64,000 nucleotides of DNA from Candidatus Krumholzibacteriia bacterium. GTDB taxonomy: Bacteria > Krumholzibacteriota > Krumholzibacteriia > JAJRXK01. Both the position numbers and the translations under genes were made by a program. The notes below the pieces were generated by a model that made no database searches, was not told the DNA's origin, and worked only from the letters and a program-made list of their open reading frames with translations. Of the stretch, positions 1 through 10,700 are shown in pieces. The stretch is taken from contig JBGPIA010000001.1 in NCBI GenBank assembly GCA_041484665.1, positions 384,001-448,000 on the forward strand. Reading direction: 5' to 3'. Every line of letters starts with the position of its first letter. Within the stretch, counting starts at the first letter, position 1.

Positions 1-2
1 GC

Positions 3-401
3 ACCGCGACCACTGCCAACATCGTGAAGATCCTCCCGGAGCTCGACGCGCGCGGTTTGAACGTGAAGCTGGTCGCCGTGGTCAGTCCGCAGCTCTTCGC
101 CGCGCAGCCCGCCGAGTTGCGCGAGCGCACGATCACGCCGGCCGATCGCTGGGACAGCACGTTCATCACCAATCGCAGCCGGCGCCTCTTCTATGACTGG
201 ATCTTCAACCCACTGGCGGGCGAGTACGCCATGAGCAGCGACTTCGACGACCGCTGGCGCACGGGCGGCACGCTCGAGGAGGTCATCGCCGAGGCGCACC
301 TGGACCCGGCGCACCTGCTGGCGGGTATCGACCGCTTCGTCCGCGAGCGCCCGCGACGACTGGAGCGTCTCGGCCAGGGGCTGCGGGCCGCCCAGGGCTG
401 A
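3..401 (+). CDS. C-terminal fragment of a transketolase/pyruvate dehydrogenase E1-like enzyme (5' truncated by the window edge)
   Basis: Frame open from the window start; 'GLNVKLVAVVSPQLF' and 'DDRWRTGGTLEEVIAEAHLD' resemble the transketolase C-terminal domain. Confidence 0.5.
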   Translation, partial: TATTANIVKILPELDARGLNVKLVAVVSPQLFAAQPAELRERTITPADRWDSTFITNRSRRLFYDWIFNPLAGEYAMSSDFDDRWRTGGTLEEVIAEAHLDPAHLLAGIDRFVRERPRRLERLGQGLRAAQG

Positions 402-518
402 GCTGGGCGGTGGTGGGGCGCCCCGCCGCGGGCGTGCGCGGTGGGCCGCCGGCGAAGGCGCCCCGAGCGGGGCCCCGGAGGGCCCCCGCCAGGGCCCGGT
501 GCCGCCGGCGCTGCGCCC

Positions 519-547
519 TGGACTGCGCGTGTTGGGGCGGTTATCAT
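519..547 (+). promoter_or_regulatory. Putative sigma70-type promoter
   Basis: TGGACT-17 nt-TATCAT upstream of the AGGAG RBS and ATG at 604. Confidence 0.35.
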
Positions 548-603
548 TCCCGCTTCGCGCCCATGCGCTCGTCCCCCGAGAACGCCAACAAGGAGATCCA
601 TAC

Positions 604-1326
604 ATGACCGTCAAGGGTTGGAGTCTGTGCGTCGCGCTCGCCGGCCTCCTCGCGCTCGGCGCGCCGTTCTCTCAGGCCGCCACCGCGACCCGGCCCGATC
701 AACCCCCCAGCAAACCCGAGCAGCCCAAGGCCAAGCCGGCGCCGCCGGCGCCCGCCAAGCCGCCGGCCCACGGCGAGATGGGCCAGGCCCATGGGCAGGG
801 CCACGCCCAGACGGGCCAGGGCCCGTCCGCAGCAGATATGCAGGCGATGATGGCGGCCATGCAGCCCGGTCCGCACCACAAGGCGCTCCAGGGCTTTGCG
901 GGCGATTGGAACGTCGTGGTAAAGACGTGGATGGCCCCTGGCACCGAGCCTTCCATCACCAAGGGCACCTCCCACAACGCGATGATCTACGACGGCCGCT
1001 ATCTCAAGAAGGAGCTCACGGGTGAGATGATGGGAATGCCTTTCCAGGGCATGGGCCTCGTCGGCTACGACAACGTCAAGAAAGAGTACCGCAGCCTGTG
1101 GATCGACAGCATGAGCACGGCGCTCATGATCTCGACCGGGAGCTGCTCCGACGACGGGAAGACCTGGACCTATACCGGCGAGATGCCGGGCATGGACGGC
1201 TCGATGCAGAAGGTGCGCGAGGTCGTCAAGGTGGTCAGCGACGCGCAGCACGTCTTCTCCATGTACATGTCCGGGCCCGATGGTAAGGAAATGCAGTGGG
1301 CGGAGATCACGTACAACCGCCAGTAG
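604..1326 (+). CDS. Secreted DUF1579-family protein
   Basis: AGGAG RBS at 591; signal peptide; Pro-rich linker; 'PGPHHKAL..FAGDW', 'FQGMGLVGYDNVKKEYRSLWIDSMST' typical of DUF1579. Confidence 0.8.
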   Translation: MTVKGWSLCVALAGLLALGAPFSQAATATRPDQPPSKPEQPKAKPAPPAPAKPPAHGEMGQAHGQGHAQTGQGPSAADMQAMMAAMQPGPHHKALQGFAGDWNVVVKTWMAPGTEPSITKGTSHNAMIYDGRYLKKELTGEMMGMPFQGMGLVGYDNVKKEYRSLWIDSMSTALMISTGSCSDDGKTWTYTGEMPGMDGSMQKVREVVKVVSDAQHVFSMYMSGPDGKEMQWAEITYNRQ

Positions 1327-1360
1327 GCGGGCCGGCGCGCCGCGATCGATCCGCGACGGC

Positions 1361-1400
1361 GAAGGTCCCCTGGCGGCGCCCGGGGACCTTCTTCGTTCTC
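1361..1400 (+). terminator. Putative intrinsic terminator
   Basis: GAAGGTCCCC (1361-1370) pairs with GGGGACCTTC (1382-1391), followed by TTCGTTCT; lies between convergent genes. Confidence 0.5.
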
Positions 1401-1519
1401 ACGTGGGGAGCGAGCATCACGCTGGGCGCACGGACCGCGCGTGGCAGAGAGCGGGCAGACGAGCTGGGCGGGAACGCGCGTGGACCGCGCGGGGCGAGCG
1501 GAACCGGGCGGGCGGGCGC

Positions 1520-2914
1520 TCAGGCGCCGTGCGGCCGCTTCCAGCGGGCGGGTAGCAGGATCGCGAACAGGCTTCCCTGCCCCTCGACCGAGCGCAGCAC
1601 CATGTCCGCGCCCATGTCGCGGGCCATGCGCCGGCAGCTGGCCAGCCCCAGACCGACGCCCTTCACGCCGCGCGTCGGCGAATTGCTCGCCTGGTAGAAC
1701 GGCTCGAAGACCATGTCCTGGTCGTGGGGCGGGATGCCGATGCCGGCGTCGATGACCTCCATCACCAGCACCGCGTCGTCGTCGGGGTGCGGGCCCGAGG
1801 GCGGGCACTCCCCCGGCGGGAAGATTGGCTCCATGCGCTCGTCGGGGGAGCTGCCCAGGATCTCCGGGTAGAGGGGGAGGCGCTGCTCGTGCTTCTGTCC
1901 CAGCCACCACCGGCGGCTGGTGGCGTAGCAGTGGACCGCGACCCATGGGTACTCGACACGGTGGAACTGCCAGGCGTTCTGCAGCAGGCCATCCAGGGAC
2001 AACTTGAGCTTCGCCTGGTCGATGCGCACGACCACGTTGGGATCGGGCACGTGGCCCTCCACGATCAGGAAGCCTTCTAGCCGGCGCGTGTAGAGCACGG
2101 GCCGAACCACTTCGGACAGCAGCTCATCCACCTTCACAGTGGCGAGCTGCGCCGGTGCGTCGGCCCCGCTTTCGGCGAGTTGCAGCACGGCGGACACGAG
2201 GTACTCCAGCCGGCGCACGGCCTCGTCATGCATCTCGAAAAGCTCGCCCTGGCGCTCGATCGGCATGTTGCGCGCCAGCTCGACCGCGCTCTTGACCACA
2301 CCCAGCGGCGTATTGAACTCGTGGCTGACGTGGTCGAGGATCACGCTGCGCAGCCGATCGGCCTCCTCCATGCGCAGCCGTGCGTGCAGCGCGTGCTCGT
2401 AGATGAGTGCCTTCTGCACCGTGGTTCCGATGACCATGCCCATGGTCTGCAGCAGGTGGTGGTCGATCTCGTCGAGGCGCCGTCCCTGGAGCTGGCCGCC
2501 CAGCAGCAGCAGGCCGACCGGCCGGTCGCCGTCCTTGAGGTAGGCGGCGTATTCGAAATGCTCGGTGAGCGACTCGGGGACGTTCCACGCCGGGTCGATC
2601 TGCGCCACGCCGCCATGGGCTTCGAGCTGATGGTGCAGACGGGAGTCCGCGGGGATGGCCGCGTTGCCCAGCGCGGTCCGGCGCACGCCCACCGTCTCGC
2701 AGAGGCTGAGCTCCTTCTCTCCCTCCCGGTACAAGAAGAAGGCCGCCTTGCGTACCAGCAGCTGGCCGGTCACGGTCAAGAGCGAGAGCTTGGCGACCTT
2801 CTCCACCTCGAGATTGGTGCCCAGCGTCCGGATCAGGCTGAACAGCGCCTCGAACGCGCGGCTCTGGAGCTGATGCCGCACATCGAAATCGGCCGTCGCG
2901 GGATCGTGCGACAT
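1520..2914 (-). CDS. Cytoplasmic GAF-domain sensor histidine kinase
   Basis: N-terminal GAF-like region; H-box 'VSHEFNTPL'; N-box 'LLQNAWQF'; G1 'DAGIGI'; F-box 'FEPFYQ'; G2 'GVGLGL'. Confidence 0.85.
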   Translation of the reverse strand: MSHDPATADFDVRHQLQSRAFEALFSLIRTLGTNLEVEKVAKLSLLTVTGQLLVRKAAFFLYREGEKELSLCETVGVRRTALGNAAIPADSRLHHQLEAHGGVAQIDPAWNVPESLTEHFEYAAYLKDGDRPVGLLLLGGQLQGRRLDEIDHHLLQTMGMVIGTTVQKALIYEHALHARLRMEEADRLRSVILDHVSHEFNTPLGVVKSAVELARNMPIERQGELFEMHDEAVRRLEYLVSAVLQLAESGADAPAQLATVKVDELLSEVVRPVLYTRRLEGFLIVEGHVPDPNVVVRIDQAKLKLSLDGLLQNAWQFHRVEYPWVAVHCYATSRRWWLGQKHEQRLPLYPEILGSSPDERMEPIFPPGECPPSGPHPDDDAVLVMEVIDAGIGIPPHDQDMVFEPFYQASNSPTRGVKGVGLGLASCRRMARDMGADMVLRSVEGQGSLFAILLPARWKRPHGA

Positions 2915-2920
2915 CGTCGC

Positions 2921-3277
2921 TCAGCCCTGGCTCAGGGTGACGTAGTCGAGGAGGTCGAGCATTTTCAGGACTCCGCGCAGCCCGGAGGAGAGCCTCGCGA
3001 GCACGATGTCTCCGCCATCGTCGCGGTACTCGCCGATCGAGGAGATGAGGCTGCCCACACCAGAGCTGCTGATGAAGGGCACCTGGGTGAAGTCGAGCTC
3101 GACCCGGCGCACGCCCTTTTCCAGCAGATTCTCCAGGTGCTCCTGCAGCTCGGCCGCGCCGTCGGCGTCGAGGTGACCGCGCAACGCCATCCGCATCGTC
3201 CCGTCCGGGAGCGGATCGCGCTCCACGATCAGGAAGGCCGGCAGCGCGCGCGCGGGAGAGTCCTGGCCCTGGGTCAT
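2921..3277 (-). CDS. STAS-domain anti-sigma factor antagonist (RsbV/SpoIIAA-like)
   Basis: 'LRGHLDA', 'LDFTQVPFISSSGVGSL' with the phosphoacceptor-type Ser; 118 aa. Confidence 0.9.
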   Translation of the reverse strand: MTQGQDSPARALPAFLIVERDPLPDGTMRMALRGHLDADGAAELQEHLENLLEKGVRRVELDFTQVPFISSSGVGSLISSIGEYRDDGGDIVLARLSSGLRGVLKMLDLLDYVTLSQG

Positions 3278-4035
3278 GCCTCGATCCCCTTGCTGAAGAG
3301 CAGCCGGTTGCCCGCGGCGGTGTACTCATGCTCGAAGCGATCGAGCAGCTGGAGGAACATGGCGATCCCGTACCCCCGCGGCTGCCGACGCGCGGCGCGC
3401 TGGACCACGCTGCCGCCGGGCTGCTCTGCGGGATTGAAGCGCTCGCAGCCGTCCTGCAGGAACCCCTCGATCCGGCCGGGCAGGAAGCGCAGGCCCAGCG
3501 TGAAAACGGCGGGCGCGCGCCGCGGTCGCCCGTGCTCGACCAGGTTGGCGCACATCTCGTAGATGCTGACGCGCAGCTTCATCAGATCGGCTTCCTGTGG
3601 TCCGAACGTGGCCAGCATCAGTGGCGTGTAGACCGCCACCAGATCCCGGCTCGACGGAGCGTGCTCGAAGGTCGTCTCGTACGCGAGGATGGCTCCCTCC
3701 TGCAGCCAGCGGTGCCGCGGTGGGCCATCCTCCGTTTCCTCCGCCACACCCGTCGCACCGGTCTGACGCGCCGCGGCGGTAAGCCGCGCCGCGCCGGCCC
3801 GATCGACGGCCGCGGGCGGCGCGTTGCCTGCTGGGGCGACCGCCGAGAGCTCGCCATCCTCGTCATCGCGCGTCTGCCGCGCGCCCGGCAGGTGCAGCCG
3901 CACGTCGTGCAGCCCCACCTGGCGCGCCACGCGCGCCGCGCGGGCGAAGTCGTCGCGCCAGGGCTGCGGGTCGCCCCCGGCCACGACAAACTCGGCGCGG
4001 TGCCGCGTCGTATCGGCCCGCTCCAGCGCGATCAC
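3274..4035 (-). CDS. Anti-sigma factor/serine kinase (RsbW-like HATPase) with N-terminal extension
   Basis: 'YEMCANLVEHG', 'QDGCERFNP', 'RGYGIAMF..LLDRFEH...GNRLLF'; located between SpoIIE and STAS genes. Confidence 0.75.
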   Translation of the reverse strand: MIALERADTTRHRAEFVVAGGDPQPWRDDFARAARVARQVGLHDVRLHLPGARQTRDDEDGELSAVAPAGNAPPAAVDRAGAARLTAAARQTGATGVAEETEDGPPRHRWLQEGAILAYETTFEHAPSSRDLVAVYTPLMLATFGPQEADLMKLRVSIYEMCANLVEHGRPRRAPAVFTLGLRFLPGRIEGFLQDGCERFNPAEQPGGSVVQRAARRQPRGYGIAMFLQLLDRFEHEYTAAGNRLLFSKGIEA

Positions 4036-5693
4036 CGCCTCACCCCCGCCACGTCGTCCGGCGACGTCCTCCGCCCCGCCGGGGCCGGGGCCTTCCGGGA
4101 CCCCGCTGCAGCCGGCTCCGCCGTGGCCGCGGCCGGGGTCGGGGCGAACACCGAGGCGGAGACCGAAGCCTCGATCGGCTCGGCGAAGCGGCCTGTCCCC
4201 CGGCGCACGGCGAGCAGCGTCAGATCATCGCTCGCCGGGGCCGCTCCGGTATGGGACGCGGCGCGAGCCACGAGGTCGTCCACCACCTCCCGGGCGGACA
4301 GTCGTGCATTCTGCGATAGCCGCTGCAGCACGACGTCGAAGCCGAGCTGCCCGCCCGCCTCGTCCATGGCCTCCACCAGCCCGTCGGTGTAGAGCAGGAG
4401 CCCTTCTCCCGGCTCCAGACGGGCTTCCTGGCGCAGCAGCGCACGCCGGAAGATCTCCGGGGGGAACATGCCGATGGCCTTGCCCCCCGCGGGCAGCCAC
4501 CGTGCACCTTTCGGGCCGAACAGCGCAGGTGGGCAGTGTCCAGCGCTGGCGTACACCAGGGTGTGCGACCGGGTGTCGAGCACGCCGTAGATGCAGGTGA
4601 CGAACATGCCCTTCTTCATGGATCCCGACAGCATCCCGCTGGCCTGGGCCAGGGCCTCCACCGGGTCGCGGACGGCGGGCGCGATGCCCTGCAAGATCAC
4701 CCGCAGCATGGCCATCACGACCAGACCCGGCACTCCTTTCCCGCTTACGTCGGCCGCAGTCAGGGCCAGGAAGCGGTCATCGAGCGGGATGACGTCGTAG
4801 TAGTCGCCGCTCACCTCGAGGGCCGGGCAGTAGCGGGCGTGGATCTCGTAGCCCGGCGGCGGGCTGACCGAGCGCGGCAGGAGCATCGACTGCAGCTCCC
4901 GGGCGATCTCCAGCTCGTGCTCCATGCGCCCCTGCTTGATGCGCTCGTCCTGTGCCCGCTGCAGGCCCTCGGCCATGCTGTTCACGAGGTTGCCCAGCAT
5001 GCCCAGCTCGTTGCGGGAGCGCACCTGCACGCGCGTGTGGAGATCGCCCGACCCCAGGCGCACCACGCCGCGGCTCAGCTCGTCCAGCGGGCGCAGGTGG
5101 GTCGCCACCAGCAGCAGCACGGCCAGGATCGCCAGCAGCGTTCCCGCCGCGGCGACCACCGCCAGATGGCGGCCGGCGGCGGCCACGGTCCGCTCGATGC
5201 CAGCGCGCGTTGCGCGGGCCACCAACAGGCCGATGGGACGGTCCAGATGCAGGATGGGCTGAGCGATCACAACCTCGTTGCCGTCCAACCAGGCGTGCTC
5301 GCCCTCACGCAGCGGCAACACCAGAGGGCGGCCTCGGGTGGCCGGATCGTAGCGCTCCCCCACTCGCAGCAGGTCGCGGTGGCCCTGGATGACGCCTTCG
5401 GCGTCGAGCACGACCAGGTCGACCAGGCCAGGCGTCTCGGCGAGCGCCTTGAGGATGAACGGATGGAGGCCCAGCTCGGGGTCGTGGCGCAAGAGCGGCG
5501 CACAGGCCGCCAGCGCCAGGCTGCGGGTCTCGACCAGCACGCGCAGCGTGAGCTCGCGCGTGAGCGTCTCGCGCTGATTGCGCACCAGCGACCAGCCGGT
5601 AGCGCCGAACACCACCGCAGTGACCAACGCGACGGCCAGCCCCATCTGCACGCCCAGGCGGTGGTGGAACCGCAGCTTCCGTTGTCCCATCAC
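4032..5693 (-). CDS. Membrane HAMP + SpoIIE/PP2C serine phosphatase (RsbU-like)
   Basis: Two TM segments around a periplasmic domain; HAMP; 'ELEIARELQSMLLP', 'VSGDYYD', 'ADVSGKGVP', 'LYTDGLVEA', 'DDLTLL'. Confidence 0.92.
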   Translation of the reverse strand: MMGQRKLRFHHRLGVQMGLAVALVTAVVFGATGWSLVRNQRETLTRELTLRVLVETRSLALAACAPLLRHDPELGLHPFILKALAETPGLVDLVVLDAEGVIQGHRDLLRVGERYDPATRGRPLVLPLREGEHAWLDGNEVVIAQPILHLDRPIGLLVARATRAGIERTVAAAGRHLAVVAAAGTLLAILAVLLLVATHLRPLDELSRGVVRLGSGDLHTRVQVRSRNELGMLGNLVNSMAEGLQRAQDERIKQGRMEHELEIARELQSMLLPRSVSPPPGYEIHARYCPALEVSGDYYDVIPLDDRFLALTAADVSGKGVPGLVVMAMLRVILQGIAPAVRDPVEALAQASGMLSGSMKKGMFVTCIYGVLDTRSHTLVYASAGHCPPALFGPKGARWLPAGGKAIGMFPPEIFRRALLRQEARLEPGEGLLLYTDGLVEAMDEAGGQLGFDVVLQRLSQNARLSAREVVDDLVARAASHTGAAPASDDLTLLAVRRGTGRFAEPIEASVSASVFAPTPAAATAEPAAAGSRKAPAPAGRRTSPDDVAGVRR

Positions 5694-7738
5694 CTGCCTC
5701 CGATGTGCTCCAGCTCCACCTTCTCCTCCTGGATGCGGTCGAGGTAGCGGCGGGCCTTCTCATTGCCCGGGTCGATCTCCAGGACGTGACGGCAGCGCTC
5801 GATGGCGCGCTCGTAGTCGCCCTGGCTGTAGAGGGTGATGCCCTGGAGCAGGTAGGCCTTCACCAAGTGTTCGCCCACCGACTCGAATTCCGGCGCCTCG
5901 GCCCAGACCTCGCGCCACAGCCGGATCGCTCGGTCGAAGTCCTCGGCGCTGAACGCCGTCATGCCGTCCTGGTACAGCCGCTCAAGCCGCCGGCGGCTCT
6001 CCGGCGAGAGGTTCGCCACGCGCGGCCGCGCCTGGGGGCCTGGCTGCTGCGCCAGTTGGCGTGCGCGCTCCTGTTGCTCGCGCTGGCGGGCGGCGGCCTC
6101 CGCCTTGGCCCGCTCCAACTCCTTCTGGCCGGCCGCCGCGCGCGCCGCCCGCACTCGCTCGAGCAGAGACCGCGCCAACTCGTGGCCGGGATCGGCTCGC
6201 AGCAGCTCCTCCAGGAGCGATTGCGCGGTACTGGGGTCGCCGTCCGCGAAGCGGACCATCGCCTCCTGCAACAGCGTGGCGAGCTGCGCTTGCTGATCGG
6301 CGGAGGCCTGCAGCAGTGCGTGCGCCCGGGTGAGCCCGCTGCGCGCAGGGCCCCCGTCGGGCCAGCGGTCGAGGATGGCCTGAAAGGCGGCCGCGGCCTG
6401 CGCCGCCTCGCCCATGGCAAGCTGTGCCGCGGCGGCGGCCAGGGCCGATTGCAGCTGCGCCTGGTCGATGCGCTCGCGGGCGTGGGCGCTCTCGGGATCC
6501 AGCGCGAGCAGCCTACGGTAGAGGCGCTGCGCCTCGTCGAAGCGCCCGTCGTCGAACGCGGCGTCGGCGTCGGCCTGGGTGCGCTCGCGCTCCTGCCGCT
6601 CGCGCTCGCCCAGCAGCTGCGCCAGGCGGTCGGAGACCTCCCGCTCCCGCTGCTGCTGGCGCAGCGCGCGGCGCTGCGACACCGGCGCGCCGAAGCGCGC
6701 GGCCAGCGTGAAACGATCGTTGCGCGGCAGCTCGGAATCGCTGCGCATGGCGTAGTCCAGGCGGATGCCCGAGTACTCCAGGCCGAAGCCCAGCGTCAGG
6801 CGCCCGCCGTCGGAGCCAGCGCGCAGGGCCAGCATGCGGTAGAGCGTGCACTCGGCGCCCAGCCCCAGCCGCGGGTCCGCCGTGGAGGGAAGATCGAGGT
6901 CCACGGCGGCGGCCACCGCCAGCGCACCGTGGGAGGCCTGCGCCTTGTACCCCAGTCCCAGCTTGAAGCTGCGGGGCTCCTGGACGTCCTCCTGGTCCAG
7001 GCGTAGTGACGGCTCCACGAGGTTCTGTACGTTTGCCCCCGCGAATACGCGGTGCAGTCCGTCACGGCCCAGCGCGCGTTCTGCGGACACCCCCGCGTCC
7101 ACGCCGACGCCCAGGTCGCTGCGTCCGTCGAGGGACTGCTGCGCCAGCTTGAGCACCAGCCCCAGCGCCGCGTCATGGCCCACACCGCGCCCGTACCCCA
7201 CCAACAGGTTCGATTCGGCGTCGTTGAAGCTGCCCAGCAACTCGTTGCGATCGCTGCGGCGCTCGATGTCGCTGGCGTCGAGGCGCTGGTAACCCACGCC
7301 GAAGGTCCCCAGATCGAGCGTGGGATAGGTCAGGAACCCGGCATGGTAGTAGAGCCCGTCGGTGAAGAGCTTCGTACGGAAGAGCGCCAGCTCGCAGGAC
7401 TCCACGGTCGCCAGGCGCGCCGGGTTCCAGAAGACGGTGGTCGCGTCGTCGGACAACGCGACGCCCGTCCGCCCCATGCCCAGTCCGCGTGCCCCGGCGC
7501 CCAGGGTGAACGGCCCCTGCGTGCCCGCGTCGTCGGCCGCGCGCGCGCGGCCGGCCGCCAACGCCTGCGCCAGCAGCACCGCCAGCGCCAGCAGCGCCCC
7601 CGGCCCGCCCAGCGCCCCCAGCACGCCAGCGTTCGCCCGCACGGATGGCTTCGCCGGCCAGGATCTGGCACAGCGCATGGATCCACCGGAGTGCGTCGAG
7701 CCGTCTACGCGCGCGGATCGCGTCCCGCGCGCGCTCAT
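5690..7738 (-). CDS. PorV/PorQ-family outer-membrane beta-barrel fused to C-terminal TPR repeats
   Basis: Signal peptide; 'GARGLGMG..VALSDDATTVFWNPARL' family motif; amphipathic beta strands ending 'RFTLAARFG'; then several TPRs; ATG overlaps the upstream stop (ATGA at 7735-7738). Confidence 0.8.
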   Translation of the reverse strand: MSARGTRSARVDGSTHSGGSMRCARSWPAKPSVRANAGVLGALGGPGALLALAVLLAQALAAGRARAADDAGTQGPFTLGAGARGLGMGRTGVALSDDATTVFWNPARLATVESCELALFRTKLFTDGLYYHAGFLTYPTLDLGTFGVGYQRLDASDIERRSDRNELLGSFNDAESNLLVGYGRGVGHDAALGLVLKLAQQSLDGRSDLGVGVDAGVSAERALGRDGLHRVFAGANVQNLVEPSLRLDQEDVQEPRSFKLGLGYKAQASHGALAVAAAVDLDLPSTADPRLGLGAECTLYRMLALRAGSDGGRLTLGFGLEYSGIRLDYAMRSDSELPRNDRFTLAARFGAPVSQRRALRQQQREREVSDRLAQLLGERERQERERTQADADAAFDDGRFDEAQRLYRRLLALDPESAHARERIDQAQLQSALAAAAAQLAMGEAAQAAAAFQAILDRWPDGGPARSGLTRAHALLQASADQQAQLATLLQEAMVRFADGDPSTAQSLLEELLRADPGHELARSLLERVRAARAAAGQKELERAKAEAAARQREQQERARQLAQQPGPQARPRVANLSPESRRRLERLYQDGMTAFSAEDFDRAIRLWREVWAEAPEFESVGEHLVKAYLLQGITLYSQGDYERAIERCRHVLEIDPGNEKARRYLDRIQEEKVELEHIGGR

Positions 7739-10700
7739 CGCACCACCGCCAGCTTGCGCAGGCACTCGCCCCCGCCGGCGCCGTCGACCTTCAAGCGCAG
7801 CAGGTAGACGCCGTTGCGCACTGGACGGCCCGCCTCATTGCGCCCATCCCAGGCCCAACGCGGATCGTCCTGCAGCCCCGCCGGCAGCGGCGCGCCCTCC
7901 AACAGCCGCACGACGCGGTCGCCGGAGGCGGTGAAGACCTCCAGCGTGACGCGTGCATCGCTCTGCAGGTAGAACGCGACGTGCGCCCGCTCGCGGCCGG
8001 CGGCGAAGGGGTTGGGATAGCTGCTGAAGCTCTGCTCCAGGTCTAGCGCCGTGACGTGGATGGTGGGCGAGATCCACGGCAGCGCCGCGCCCGAGAGCGG
8101 CGTGACCGCCAGTGTGTCGGCAGCCGAGGTCGCCACCAGACCGCGTGCCTGCAGCGCGACGCGGAAGTCCTCCACCGCGGGCGCGGCCAGCAGATCGATG
8201 GCGAGCATCACGTCGTGCGACTGTCCCGGATCCAGGTTGCCGAGCCCGGCGAGGGCGAAGCGCAGGCTGTCGCCTTCGATCTGGCCTTGGATCACCGTCG
8301 TCCCGCGCAGCAGGCGCGCGGCGCCCAGCAGCCGGCTCGCGGGCAGCGCCGCCGCGCGCGCATCGCGCAGCAGCACGGTGAGAGCGGCGGGCGAGAGAGG
8401 GGCCTGCGCCGCCCCGCCTGGGTGCAGGATGCGCAGCGGCAGCAACTGCACGGCGGACGCGCCGCGCGACACGTTGGCCGGCGGATCGTCCGTGACGCCC
8501 AGGGACACGGCCGTGGCTGGCGCCACCACGCGCAGCACGCCGGTGGCAAAGGGCAGCCCGGTCAAAGCGATGGCGCGCGCGGGCTGATTCGCGTCGCGCA
8601 GGTCGAGTGCGCCGGGATCCAGGGCGAACCGCAGTCGCGCTACTGTCGCCGGCGCTTTGAGGTCGACCGACAGCTGCAGACGCAGCGAGTCCCCTGGCAG
8701 AAGCCGCAGCGGAGCCGCGAGCGCGAGCCCCACGGACGAGCCCGACGGGGGCGGGGTCAGGCTCGCGGCGATCACGCTGTCGCCCAGCGCCAGGCGCACG
8801 GCGCTCAGCGCCTGCGCAGGCACCACGCCCGCGCCCGCGTCGTCGAGCACCCGCACGCTCGCGGCCAACAGCAGCATCGCGCCGCTGCCCGGCGGATCGT
8901 CATCGTGCAGGTCGAGGGTCGCGCACCCGACCCCCACCGCACCGGCCGCGGCCGAAGGCGGAGCGATCGAGGCGCAGGTCACCCGGGAGGCCGCCGCGGG
9001 CCGCTGCAGGAGCAGCGGACCCTGCACCAGCGGCCAGTGCTCTCCGCCGCCGAGCCGCACCGCCACGTCGAGGCCGGTGTTCGCGTCGCGCACCACGCAG
9101 CGCGCGGAGTCGGGCAGCACCAAGCTGAACCGATCGGGCGCGGCGTCGCTGCGCAGATCCAACTCGAGGTCGATGGGCTCGGGCGCGCCCGAGGTGACCA
9201 GCTTGGGGATGGCTAGCGACAGCCGGACCGCTCCGCCGGCGGTGTCGAACGCCGACGTGGTGAGCAACACCGTGGCGCCACTGCGCACGGTGATGGCGCC
9301 CAGGACGGCGTCCGGGGCAAGCGCGGCGCCGGCCGAATCGCGCAGGGCGAAGCCCAGCTCCACGACGCGAGCCTCGCTCTCGCCCGCCGCGCCGGGCAGG
9401 TCAAAGGTGAGCCGGCCAGCGGGGACGCCGAGCTGCCCCAGGTTGGCCGATCCTGGCAGCGTCCGCGCCACCGCCAGGTCGGCGTGGGTGGCGAGGGTGT
9501 GGATGTAGGCGGTCGAGGTCTGCCATGGCAGGGTGGCCTGCAGCGGCACCGGCTGCCCGCTGTTGACATCGATGGCGGACGCGGCGCCGGCGTCGAGCAG
9601 ACGGACGCGGAATCGCGCGGCCGTCGCGCCGGGCGCAATCGAGATGGACAACGGCAGGCTGCGCAGCTGGCCGGGCTGCAGCTCCACCGGCGGATCGAGG
9701 GCGATGGCGAGCACGCTGGTGCTGGGGATCGAGTCCCAGTAGGCGTGGACCAGTCCACCGGTGCGAATCTCCAGGCGGTCGAGCACCGACGACGCCGGCA
9801 CCGGCGTGCCGCCACCGTCGTCGAAGGCGATGCTGAACGCGTGCACGGCGATCGGCGCCGCGCCGGCGGTGTCCGGATCCGCGTGGCGCAGCTGCCAGGC
9901 CAAAGGCGTCACACCGCTCTGCCCGCGATCGACCGAGACGGGCAAGGTCGAGAGCGGATCCAACGCGAGCGCCGTGGGGGGCAGCTGCACGCTCACCGGC
10001 GAGCTGGTGGCCAGTGGGCTGATGACGGAGCTGTCGGGCAGGCCGACGCGCGCGCTGAAGCCGACCTTGCCTGCCGCGCCCAGCGCAAAGCGATAGCGGA
10101 TCGTGTCGGACGCGCCCGGCGCGAGCGTCAGTGCGGCGGGCAGCGGCCCCTGCTGCAACGAGACCCCCTGCCCGGGCGCTGCGCCCACCTGCAGCGGCAC
10201 GATGCCGGCGAGCTGCTGGCTACCGCGGTTGCGCACGGCCACGCGCACCTGGACTGACTGCCCAGCGCTCACCACCGACGGAGTCGCCTCCGCGGCGGCG
10301 AGCAGGGCGCTGGAGGAGATCCGGTGCACCGCCGAGCCATCGAGCGCACCGTCCAGCGGCCCGTCGTTGCCGGATTCCATCTCGATCCCGAGCTTCGGGA
10401 CGCGCAGCTGGATCACGCGGCCATCGGTGGGGTTGGGGGCCAGATCAGCCGTGACGTAGAAGCGGCGGCCGCCGGGCGGGATGGCCGCCGAGAGGCCCGT
10501 AAAGCGCAGCGGGCTTGTGGCGCCCAGCAGCGACCCCAGCAACACGTCGGCGTCAGGATCGAAGGTTGCCCCCTTGGGCTCCGCGTCCAGCTCGGCCCAC
10601 AGACGCAGCGCCTCGACGTCCTGGCCCATGGCCGCCGCGACGTCTTGAGCGCCGGCCGCCACCTGCAACTCCAACTCGCGCAGCGTGTCGGCGGAGAGCC

